This document shows positions 1 through 10,640 of a stretch of 64,000 bases of DNA, piece by piece. Numbering within the stretch: the stretch's first letter is position 1; each line of letters starts with the position of its first letter. The DNA comes from Camelus ferus (Eukaryota): assembly GCF_009834535.1 (NCBI RefSeq), contig NC_045697.1, positions 107,758,001 through 107,822,000 on the forward strand. The letters run 5' to 3'. Made by a program: the position numbers and the translations under genes. The notes under the pieces are model-generated. The model was not told where the DNA came from and did no database searches. It was given only the letters and a program-made list of their open reading frames with translations.

Positions 1-131
1 ACATCTCCAGGGTAAAATAAGGCAATCAGGATGGGCTCGGCCCTGGCTCCTTTCCCTGGGTATCCTTAAGAATGAAACAAGATTTACTCTCTCCAGGGGG
101 ATTTCATTATCAACCTCCCTTCCTCCCCAAT

Positions 132-311
132 TTTTTTTTATTGAATTATAATTGACATACAGTATTAGTCTCGGGTGTACAACATAGTGATTCAATATTT
201 TTATACGTTACAGAATGATCACCGAGATAAGTCTAGTTACCATCTGTCACATACAGAGTTATTACAGTATTATTGACTATATTCCCTATGCTGTACTTTA
301 CATTTCTATGA
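132..311 (-). mobile_element. LINE-1 3' terminal fragment (5'-truncated) with 9-bp TSD
   Basis: T-tract followed by L1 3'UTR-type sequence (ggtgtacaacatagtgattc...tattccctatgctgtac). Flanked by the direct repeat ctccccaat at 123-131 and 312-320. Confidence 0.85.
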
Positions 312-1507
312 CTCCCCAATATTCTTCTGTCTGTTGGAATCTTCATTAAAAGATGAGACCTTGCAATCTTCAAAGTAAAATACTAAAAAGCAAATGTATG
401 AACTTGTTAAAACAAGTTTAGACAGTTGTTAATCAGTAAATAGAAGTGATTACTGTGTCTTTCCTGGTTCTCATTTAGAGGTGTGGTTGAAGAGAGCAAG
501 AGTACACATGAGGTCTGAAAATGTGTTTCTGTATTCTACTGTAAAGTTTAAGGAGATTGGATATCTTCATTGGTGAGTGAGAGGCAAGAAAAGGCTAAAA
601 ACAAAGAAAAAAGTTCAAAGCTATAACTTGACCTCACCTTTCTTGTGTACCTGAGTCCCAGCTCCCCTTTTCTTTTGCCTGCTTGCTTCCTGAGAACTGG
701 GACCCTGGTACCTATTCTGTCCATGTGGCTTTCCTGTTAACAGAAGCATCCTTCTCTGGGCAGGAACCTCTGGAGCCTGTGTCTTACCTACTGGTCTGAA
801 CTCTCTCTTTTTGACATGAAGCCAGACCTGCCCAGTATAAGTCCAGCCTTCTCACTCCAGCTGATGGTTCAGATTCTCCTGTGCCTCTCATTTTCTTTGC
901 CATCCTAATTTTCTGTGACCATGTTATTCCTGATTGGTTCTGATAGAAGAGTTCAGAAAGTAAGCCTAGTTACAAAGTGGCCACAGAGTCTTTATGTGTG
1001 CCAGTTAGAACTTATCTCTGCATTTCTCTCCATTCTCCACCTGGGTTTTAATATGTTCCCCTTTTCTTCTGGAAATCTTTCATTTTGATGATTGGAAGTC
1101 ACAAAGCAGACCTTGCTACTATTTATATGTCTTTGTTGTCAGATGGAATCTTTGCATAGAGACTTTATGGCCACTGTCAGGTCATTGTTAGAGACTTGTA
1201 ATTGCCAATATAGAAGTTGTCCAGAGGACATGGGGAAAATTTTAAATTTGTAGGAGAGCATATAGATATTTCTAATGAGCAGCATAGTGGACTTTGGGGC
1301 TGCTCTTTATTTTTCTAGGTCCCAAAAGGACCCTTTTAATGTACTAGCAACTCAATAAAAGAAAGCAATCATTAGTTAAGTAACTACATAGAACCTACTA
1401 ATTTACTATTCATTGTTAATAAACATAGAAAAAAATTTTTTTCTTGGACTGGACCAGGAGCAGTCATTGTCTTCAAATAAAATTCTTCCATTAAAAAAAA
1501 ATTAATG

Positions 1508-1722
1508 AAGGATAGGAGGAGGGGCAAGATAAGGGTAGAAGATAAGAAGTCCAAACTATTAGATATATAATAAGCTACAAGAATATATTATACAGCACAA
1601 GGATTATAGCCAATATTTTATAATAACTATAAATGGAGTAGAACCTTTAAAATTGTGAATCACTATATTGTACACCTGTAACATATAATATTGTATGTCA
1701 ACTATACTTTAATAAAAAATAA
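1508..1722 (+). mobile_element. LINE-1 3' end fragment
   Basis: ataactataaatggagtagaacctttaaaattgtgaatcactatattgtacacctgtaac...aataaaaaataa. Same 3' end type as the copies at 20010-20362 (+) and 57154 (-). Confidence 0.85.
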
Positions 1723-1789
1723 GGCTGCTATTATATCCCAAGAAATACTATATAATCCAGGCAGAAGAATACTGATTTTGGACACAGTG

Positions 1790-1975
1790 CACCTGGGGAA
1801 GAATCCTGGCTCTGCCCCCATCACCTCTCTCTGCCTCAGTTTCTTCAGCTATGAAACAGGGAAAATAATGTATACCTACCTCATAGGGTTGTTGTAAGGC
1901 CTGTCTCAGTTTGTGTGTGAAGTACTTAAAATAGTGCAGGCCACACTTATAACTGCTATCTAAGCCATAGCTATT
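1790..1975 (+). mobile_element. MIR SINE
   Basis: aatcctggctctgcc...ctctctgcctcagtttcttcagctatgaaacaggg...tacctacctcatagggttgttgtaagg matches the MIR core. Confidence 0.8.
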
Positions 1976-3484
1976 GATAGTAGTATTTATTTTAGTCTTG
2001 TTGTTAATGACCTAATCTAGAGAAATATATTTTTAGGAAATTCAAGGAAATATGTTCAGACATACTTCCAGAAAGAAAAGTCTAAGCACAATTCTTTGGA
2101 ATACCTTAAATCAGAGAAAGATAAATGTAATAGCTGGCAGTGCTAAATTATATGTTTCTCAAATAGGTTACTCACCACAGACACACCAGTATATCCCTTT
2201 ATGTTTATGAAGGTGTTTTTAGCTGACGAAAGTTGCCAAGGCACTGAAAAGTGCCGCTGCCGCCTGGGTACCTATCCGGGGTGTTGGTTAAAATGGCATT
2301 GGGTTGAATAAGTTTTATGTGGAAATACTGATTTGCTGAGGAGCACAGGCATGAAGCTCTCTATGGGGTTTAGTTTCGGAGAGGATATCAAAATGCATTG
2401 AATTTGACTTTTGGTGACACTAGCAGTCATAAAGGTAATATAAACACTCTCATTTATGTCAGAATAATTTGGCCATTTAGGGAGGGGGCAGTTTTCTTTC
2501 ATTTTGTTCAATAGACATGAGTTCAAAAGATTTTTAGGATGTACCGAAACACTTCCAAATGAAATGTGCTTTCCCAAAACATCAAAGGAAATTCCTCAAG
2601 CTTTATCTTCATATTTTATGACACTCACCTAAACTTTTTTATGTGCGTGTTTATAATCAGGTGCACCTGTGTCAACATGTGTGTACACATGTATAAAAGA
2701 ATGTAATTATGGTGTAAAAGACACATTTAGGAAAGAGATTATGGACTTCTTTTTCCAAACAGAAATATAGCTCATTTCTCTGAAGATGGTTCTCTTTAAG
2801 CACACCAGAAAATCTGAGCAGCATTCTGCCAGTTGCTTTTTTTTAAAGGGATGAAACAGATGCTCTATTGATCCCTGATACGGTTATTTATGTGGCTGGT
2901 TTTCTACACGAAGGGAGAAAAGTTTGATTAATTACCATTAACTGTGACATATCCCGTGGGTAATGAATTTTCTGTATGTGTGTTTTTTTTCTCCCCTTTT
3001 CGGATAAATTTGTGGCTATGTAATAGGTTCTGCTAAAGCAGTTTGCCAGAACACTTGGCAGAAAATAAACGCAGCTTCTGCGAAAGCATAGGATGGCAGT
3101 GTTGTCAAGTACTTAGGTGGTGCCTGAGCGATGTGGTGTCCTGCCACTGTCTGTCTGCAGGATCTGAATCTGCAGGTCCTTTTCTTGGGAGTTTGTGTCA
3201 GGCCCTGGTGGTGTCTGTGCATCCTCCAGTTGGCTACTTAGGCTTGGAGCTGCAACCTGTTGCCATGATCACCAGTGTGAATTTGAAGCCCATCCAAGAC
3301 TAAACCGGTAGCTGATTTCGCTAACTACCACTCTTGACTCTTGTCACTCAGGGTATCATTGCTGCTGTTAATTAAATTAGTGCTTCCTCATTTGGGGTAA
3401 CGATGTAATCTGATGTGCTTCTGCACCTTTTTTCTCGTTTGATTTCTTTAATACTGTACAGTAGCCAGGCAGGTGTCAATTATG

Positions 3485-3575
3485 ATAAAGTAAGTTTTAG
3501 TGACTTGCCCAAGGCCACTAAATAGTATGTGAAACTCAGACCCAGGCCTTCTGAGCCCAAGCTGTTGCTCATCCT
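3485..3575 (-). mobile_element. MIR fragment
   Basis: gtgacttgcccaaggccac...cagacccagg...ctgagcccaagc, the reverse-complement MIR motif. Confidence 0.6.
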
Positions 3576-3587
3576 TCTGTGCCAAAT

Positions 3588-4480
3588 GCTTTTTTATATG
3601 TTGTTGGATTTGATTTCCTAATATTTTGTGGAGGATTTTTGTATCTATGTTCATAGCAGGTGTTGGCCTATAGTTTTCATTTCTTATAATGTCTTTGTCT
3701 GGTTTTATTATTAGGGTGATGCTTGTCATATAGAACAGGTTAGAAAGTGTTCTCTTTCCTTCTATCTTCTGGAAGAGATTGTAGAGAATTGGTATAATTT
3801 CCTCCTTAAATGTTTGGTAGAATCCACTGGCAAACCCAGTCTGGGCCTGGTGTTTCTGTTTTGGAAGGTAATTATTGATTCAGTTTCTTTAATTAATATA
3901 GGCTATTACATGATTTCTTTTTCCTTGTGTGAGTGTCGGTATAGTCTGTGTTTCAAGATACTGATCCATTTTATGTAGGTTATCAAATTTGTGGACCTAG
4001 AGTTGTCCATAATATTCCTTTAATACCCTTATAATGTCCATGGGATCAGTGGTGATGGCCCCTTTTTTCATTTCTAATGTTAATGATTTGTGTCTTCTTT
4101 CTTAACGTGGCTAAGAGTTCCTCAATTTTAGAGATGTTTTCAAAGACAGCTTTTGGCTTCATTGGTTTTTTTTCTCTATTGATTTTCTTTTTCAATTTCA
4201 TTGATTTTTACTCTAATTTTTATGATTTTCCCTTCTGCTTACTTTGGATTTAATTTGCTCCTCTTTTTCTAGTTTCCTAAGGTGGAAGTTTATATTATTG
4301 ATTTGAGATCTTTCTTCTTTTCTAATATATGCATTCAGTGCTATTAATTTTTCTCCAAGCACTGCTTTCTCTGCATTTCACAAATTTTGGTAAGTTGTAG
4401 TTTTAGTTTCATTTAAAGAATTTTTAGATTTCCTGTGAGATTTCTTCTTTGACTCGTGTTATTTAGAAATGTTTAATCTC
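3588..4480 (-). mobile_element. Old LINE-1 ORF2 fragment (region around and upstream of the RT domain)
   Basis: Minus-strand ORF 3448..3729 reads SITLIIKPDKDIIRNENYRPTPAMNIDTKILHKILGNQIQQHIKK, a hallmark L1 ORF2 motif. L1-like sequence continues to ~4480. Confidence 0.9.
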
Positions 4481-5079
4481 GTCATATTATTTTTTTGTTC
4501 ATGAGTACTAGTGTACATTTTCCAAGATACAACTAGAGACAGTTGTGCCCACTGATAAAAATTATATACATTGAGTTTCTAATGGTGAAGGAGGGTGGAA
4601 AGGGAGAAAGGAAGGAAGCACTGACAATTGAGTTACTCTTTTATTCTTTGCTTAACTTTGCTTATCTTCAAAATGGATTTGAAGCTGACAATAAAACATA
4701 TATAATTTTATATAGATATAAAGTTATAAATATATGCATTATTAAGAGAAAAGTATATGATAAAATGGAGGAAACAGTTGCACCAGGGACTAATTCTCTC
4801 TGGTATTGGTGATTTTCCCTTGTCTACTAAAGGAACTAGACATAGATAACTTGAGATTAAGGTTTCTGATAAGTGCCATAATTTCAAATTATTGATTGAA
4901 AACTGAGCTGGTAATTTTGTAATGAAAGTTAAAGAATTTGTATTAAATATTATTACCCAAATGGTGGATCATCTCACCACTGCACCGAGGGGGACTGCAG
5001 TTTTACTTGTAGACAGGTTGCTTATTTTCCATACATATTGGTAACATGACACTCGTTTTTATTTTCCTGTTATTTACAA

Positions 5080-5111
5080 TCCTAATAAAAGATTGTCCTA
5101 ATAAAAGATTG
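5080..5111. repeat. Perfect 16-bp tandem duplication (tcctaataaaagattg x2)
   Basis: Read directly: 5080-5095 and 5096-5111 are identical. Confidence 0.9.
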
Positions 5112-5924
5112 AGTGGTTAATAGAAATATAGGGAAAAAAGAAAGATAAATTTGTGAAGGTGAAGATAAAGGTATACAGTAAGGTAAAGGCTGCAGAAATG
5201 CGTTAACAAGGTCTGCCTCTGTTATTGAATGTGGACCATAAATTTCTGTCTGAGCTTCATAGAAACAGCTGGCTCAAATTAAAGGGAGCCACAAGTTGAA
5301 ACTTCACATTGATTTAAGAGCAAGTATCCTGAGGAAGGCTGCGCCTCCATGAAGCTGGAGTTGAGGTCTGGGTTCATAGTGTTTGCAGACTTCAGCTGCA
5401 GGAGTTTTAAGACCTTTACCTCAGTCTCCTGTCATTAGTGTGACTTAGTTTTGTTTACTTTGTCTGTGTTCTCTCTTTTTCTCCCAGCTCAAATACTTGA
5501 GAAGGTCTAAAAACCCCCTCTGGAGATTTGGGAGAAGGTGATGTGAGTGGAACAGGTTTCCCTAAACACCTTGGTGCAATCATTTCAATTTATACAATGT
5601 CTTTAAGGTTTAAAGACATACTGTTTATCCAGGAACATTTTTAGGCTTTTAGGCCTGTGAGGACTTACTCTTATGGGTTCTTGTGAAGAGGGCACTGGGT
5701 GACAGGGAAGACAGCACTCTTCCAAAAGCAACCTTATGACAGCTACAATAATGATTTTCATACAGCTGATACTTGTGATGCTGCTCAGTTTGAGCCAAGT
5801 ACATACCATCAGAGTACGGTTTAGTAGAAGTGATTCTTTCAGGAGATAAAGCAGTGAAGTTAAAGTATGAAGCTCTGAAGCTTAGAGTTGATCTAGAGAT
5901 ATAATTTAAGCTACAGTAGAAGTT

Positions 5925-6880
5925 TTTTTTTTCTTTTTAAAACTGAGGTAAAATTCAGACAACATACAGTTAAACATTAAAAAATGTACAATTCAGTGGC
6001 ATTTAGAATACTCTCAGTGTGTGCAATCACCATCTCTCTATAGTTTCAAAACTTTTTCTTCTCACCCCAGAAGAACACCTCATACCCATTAAGTAATCCC
6101 TCCCCAACTCCCTCTTCTTCCCATCCCCTGGCAGCCACAAATCTGCTTTCTGTCTCTGTGGCTTTGCCTCGTCTGGATATTTTACGTAAAAAGCATACAG
6201 TAAGTAGTTTTTTGTGTCTTGCTTCTTTCACTTAGCAAAATTTTTTCAAAGTGCATTTAAATTATAACAGGTATCATCAGTACTTTATTCCTTTTTGGGG
6301 CTGAATAATAGTACATTGTATGTACATACCACAATTTGTTTGTCTGTTCATCTATTGATAGACATTTAGATTGTTTATAGCTTTTGGCTATTGTGAATCA
6401 TGCTGTTACAAAGAATTGTGAACAAGTGTTCATTTGAGTATCTGTTTTCAGTTCTTTTGGGTCTATACATAAGAGTGGAATTCCTAAGTTATATGGTAAT
6501 TCCATGTATAACTTTTTGAGGAACCACAAACCTTTTTCACAGTGGCTACATCATTTTATATTTCCAGTGGAATGTATAAGGGTTCCTATTTCTCCACATC
6601 TTAAACAATACTTGTTATTGTATGTTTTTAAAAATTTTTATTTTTCTTATTATAGCCATCCTAGTGGGTATGGAGTGGTATCTCATTGTGGTTTTCACTT
6701 GCATTTCCTTGATAGCCAATGATTTTGGACATCTTTTCTACATTCTTGTTAGCTAATTGACTACCTACTTTGAAGAGATGTCTTTTCAAGATTCTTTGCC
6801 CATTAAAAAGAATTGGGATTTTTTTTGGTTGTTATTGAATTGTAAGAGCTCTTTATATTTTCTGAATATGGAACACTTAT
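5925..6880 (-). mobile_element. Old LINE-1 (L1MB-like) 3' UTR plus ORF2 C-terminal fragment
   Basis: T-tract, then tgtacaattcagtggcatttag...catacccattaag...atagccatcctagtgggtatggagtggtatctcattgtggtttt, typical of L1MB 3' ends. Confidence 0.85.
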
Positions 6881-6884
6881 CCGA

Positions 6885-8047
6885 ATTTCCAGTTCTCAAA
6901 AAAATTACAAAGTATACAAAGAGACAGAAAAATAAGACCCATTCATAAAGAAGAAGCTGATAGGAGCCATCCATGAGGAAGCCCAGACATTAGACTTAGC
7001 AGACAAAAACTTTACATTAACAGTCTTTAGTATGCTGAAAGAGCTAAAGGAAACCATGAATAAACAGCTAAAGGTGATCATGAGAATTATATATGCCCAA
7101 ATAGGAAATATCAATACAGAGGTAGGAACTGTAAAAAAAGAACCATATAGAAATTCTGGAGTTGAAAGTTACAATAGCTGAAATTAAAAACAAACAAATG
7201 AAAAACTAAAGGGCTTCAACAGGAGGGTTGAGCAGGCAGAAGAAAGAATTAGCAAGCATGAAGATCAGGCATTTGAAGTTACCCAGTCTTAGGAGCAGAA
7301 AGCAAAAAGACACCATCAAGCTTAGCCAATACATGCATTATGGGAGTCCCAGAAGGAGAAGAGAGAAAGAGATAGAAAAATTATTTAAAGAAATAAATCT
7401 GTAAGTTCCCAAATTTTGTGGAAGACATTAATTTACACATCCAAGAAGCAACAAACCCCAAATAGGATAAACCGAAGAGAGCCACACCTAGACACATTAT
7501 TATCAAACTGTTGAAAGCTGAAGAGAGAACTTTGTAAGTAGCAAGAGAAAATCAGCTTGTCATATACAGAGTTTTCTCAGTAAGATGAACTGCCAACTTC
7601 TCATCAAGACCATGGAGGCCAGGGGGCAGTGGGGTGATACATTTAAAGTGCTGAAAGAAAAAAAAAATCAACCAAGAATTCTATATTTGGCAAAACTGTG
7701 CTTTAAAAATTAGGGAGAAATTAATACATTCATAGATAAACAAAAGCTAGGGGGATTCATTGCTAGTAGACCTGCCCTGCAAAAAATGCTAAAGAGAGTC
7801 CTTTGGGCTGGAACAGTAGGGACACTAGACAGTAACTCAAAGCCATATGAAGAAGTAAAGATCACTAATAAAGGTAACCATAGATAAGTATAAAATCAAT
7901 GTCATTATAATTTTGGTTTGTAACTCCTCTAAGACAAATGTCTGAAACAATAATTATAAATCTGTTAATTGGCACACAATATATACAATATAATGTGTGA
8001 CAGTAACAACATAAAGCTGGGATACAGAGCTGGATAGGAATAGATTT
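6885..8047 (+). mobile_element. Old LINE-1 5' region (ORF1 remnant), left part
   Basis: ORF1-like sequence: gaagcccagacattagactta...gggagtcccagaaggagaagagag...cacacctagacacattat...accaagaattctatat...ctagtagacctgccctgcaaaaaatgctaaag. Confidence 0.85.
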
Positions 8048-9396
8048 TTTTTTTAATGTTTGTCTTTTTTTATTTTTATTTTTAATTAAATAGGTGTTCT
8101 GAATTAAACTTTTTTTTTTCTCTGTGAGTTATCATAACATTTTGTGTATATTTCCCTGTGCTATACAGTGTAGTCTATTCTACAATTTTGAAATCCCAGT
8201 CTATCCCTTCCCACCCTCCACCGCCCCGGTAACCACAAGTCTGTATTCTCTGTCTGTGAGTCTATTTCTGTCCTTTATTTATGCTTTGTTTTTGTTTGTT
8301 TGTTTGTTTTTGTTTTTGTTTTTTAGATTCCACATATGAGCGATCTCATATGGTATTTTTTTTCTCTTTCTGGCTTACTTCACTTAGAATGACATTCTCC
8401 AGGAGCATCCATGTTGCTGCAAATGGCATTATGTTGTCAGTTTTTATGGCTGAGTAGTATTCCATTGTATAAATATACCACATCTTCTTTATCCAGCCAC
8501 CTGTTGATGGACATTTAGGCTGTTTCCATGTTTTGGCTATTGTAAATAGTGCTGCTATGAACATTGGGGTGCAGGTGTCATCCTGAAGTAGACTTCCTTC
8601 TGGATACAAGCCCAGGAGTGGGATTCCTGGGTCATATGGTAAGTCTATTCCTAGTCTTTTGAGGAATCTCCACACTGTTTTCCATAGTGGCTGCACCAAA
8701 CTGCATTCCCACCAGCAGTGTAGGAGGGTTCCCCTTTCTCCACAGCCTCTCCAGCATTTGTCATTTGTGGATTTTTGAATGACGGCCATTCTGACTGGTG
8801 TGAGGTGGTACCTCATTGTAGCTTTGATTTGCATTTCTCTGATAATTAGTGATATTGAGCATTTTTTCATGTGCTTTTTGATCATTTGTATGTCTTCCTT
8901 GGAGAATTGCTTGTTTAGGTCTTCTGCCCATTTTTGGATTGGGTTGTTTATTTTTTTCTTACTGAGTCGTATGAGCTGCTTATATATTCTGGAGATAAGC
9001 CTTTGTTGGTTTCACTTGCAAAAATTTTCTCCCATTCCGTAGGTTTTCTTCTTGTTTTATTTCTGGTTTCCTTTGCTGTGCAGAAGCTTGTAAGTTTCAT
9101 TAGGTCCCATTTGTTTATTCTTGCTTTTATTTCTTCTAGGAGAAAATTTTTGAGATGTATGTCAGATAATGTTTTGCCTATGTTTTCCTCTAGGAGGTTT
9201 ATTGTATCTTGTCTTATGTTTAAGTCTTTAATCCATTTTGAGTTGATTTTTGTATATGGTGTAAGGGAGTGTTCTAGCTTCATTGTTTTACATGCTGCTG
9301 TCCAGTTTTCCCAACACCATTTGCTGAAGAGACTGTCTTTATTCCAATGTATATTCTTGCCTCCTTTGTCAAAGATGAGTTGACCAAAAGTTTGTG
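8048..9396 (-). mobile_element. Young 5'-truncated LINE-1 (ORF2 C-terminus plus 3'UTR) with perfect 16-bp TSD
   Basis: TSD ggataggaatagattt at 8032-8047 and 9397-9412. ORFs 8346..8885 and 8948..9283 (-) encode the ORF2 C-terminus ([18 protein letters not shown] zinc knuckle; [13 protein letters not shown]). Confidence 0.95.
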
Positions 9397-9665
9397 GGAT
9401 AGGAATAGATTTAATGCATGCTATTGAAGCTAAGTTGGTATCAATTCATACTAGTTTGTTATAAACTTAGACTATTAACTGTAATCCCCATAGTAACCAC
9501 TAAAAAAAAATCAGTATAATATACCACGTTAACAGAACAAATGGTAAAAAAATTCACGTGATCATCTCAATAGATGCAGAGAGAACATTTAAGAAAATTT
9601 AACACTCTTTCATAGCAAAAAGACCCAGAAGACTAGGAATAGAAGAGAGCTTCCTTAACATGACA
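9397..9665 (+). mobile_element. Old LINE-1, right part (inter-ORF region joined to an RT-domain fragment)
   Basis: Continues the 6885-8047 element after the TSD. Contains cacgtgatcatctcaatagatgcagagagaacattt (the ORF2 [14 protein letters not shown] motif) directly after inter-ORF sequence. Confidence 0.8.
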
Positions 9666-9861
9666 CGTTCTGCCAACAGCAAAAAAAAGGCGAAGTGGCC
9701 GTTGGAAGTGTAACCAGTAGTTAGTTACAGGATAGCAAATCCTTCATGTCACCTCCTCTGAATGTTATTTCCTAAAACTAATCTTTTAGTAAGAACCAAG
9801 CTGGAGAAATTCTAGGTTATTCTCTTTTTCTGAGAATCTAGAGTTCAGCTGTTCAAAAATG

Positions 9862-9985
9862 TTTTTTGAGGTGATGGATTTATTCATTAACTAGATTGTG
9901 GTAATCATTTCACAATGTGTATGTATATTAAATAGCACATTGTACACCATTTAAACAAATCACATTGTATAAGCTTAAAAAAAGA
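9862..9985 (+). mobile_element. Old LINE-1 3' terminal fragment
   Basis: gaggtgatgga...ctagattgtggtaatcatttcacaatgtgtatgtatattaaa...ttgtacacc followed by an A-tail. Confidence 0.75.
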
Positions 9986-9989
9986 GACC

Positions 9990-10140
9990 TCAGTTTGAAT
10001 CTGCATTTACTAGCTGGGAGGCAGAACTTAATCCCTTTAAACAACAGGTTCCTCATTAATAAAACAAAGATAATAAAACTTGTATTTTACTGAGAGCATT
10101 AATAAAGAGGAAGGAAGTAAATAAAGTCCTGGCACTGCAT
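9990..10140 (+). mobile_element. MIR fragment
   Basis: agacctcagtttgaatctgcatttactagctggg...aacttaatccc...ggttcctcatt. Confidence 0.55.
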
Positions 10141-10199
10141 AGCTTTGTTCTGCCACTCCCTCAATGTGGGTCCTTGGAGAGATGAACCTCTTTTTTTTT

Positions 10200-10350
10200 T
10201 TTTCATTAAGCAAATATTTATTGAATACCAGGCATTGAATTATAAGTGAAATGAGCAAGACAGATCAAGTCACTCTTCTCATGGAGCCTGAGATTCTTTA
10301 AAAAGAGACACATAGTAAATATGATCATTTCAAATACAGATTAATGCTAC
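10200..10350 (-). mobile_element. LINE-2 3' fragment
   Basis: ttcattaagcaaatatttattgaatacc...ctcttctcatggagcc, the reverse complement of the L2 3' end. Confidence 0.65.
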
Positions 10351-10351
10351 C

Positions 10352-10640
10352 TTTTTTGTTTTGTTTTCCTTTTTCAGTTTTATTAGGTAGAATTGTTACA
10401 GTTTGCACATATACATTATATTGCATGTAAATACATATATACAATATACTAGACTTTTTTTTAGTTTACATATATGTGCTAATCATTGTTTCTAAGAACA
10501 GATTAGAGCTTTAGCTTTTAAAACTTAGATAATTATCAAAGGAATATAGCCAACCACAAAATCAGAATCAACAGAATGTGGTAATCCAATCATAAAGGAC
10601 AGTCAAATGTGCTTACACATATTCAAGAAATCAACTAAGT
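10352..10640 (-). pseudogene. Retroposed non-L1 3'-end sequence (mRNA 3'UTR-like or transduced flank) fused to L1
   Basis: On the minus strand, AATAAA (plus-strand tttatt at 10379-10384) is followed by an A-rich tail (T-rich 10352-10374). The ~290-bp body resembles none of the other L1 3'UTRs in the window. Source not identified. Confidence 0.55.

Noticed and set aside
8779..9383. Hydrophobic plus-strand ORFs (also 11339, 59203, 60643, 63396) as membrane proteins
   Set aside because: They are antisense readings of A-rich L1 coding sequence, which are predictably rich in Phe, Leu and Ile.
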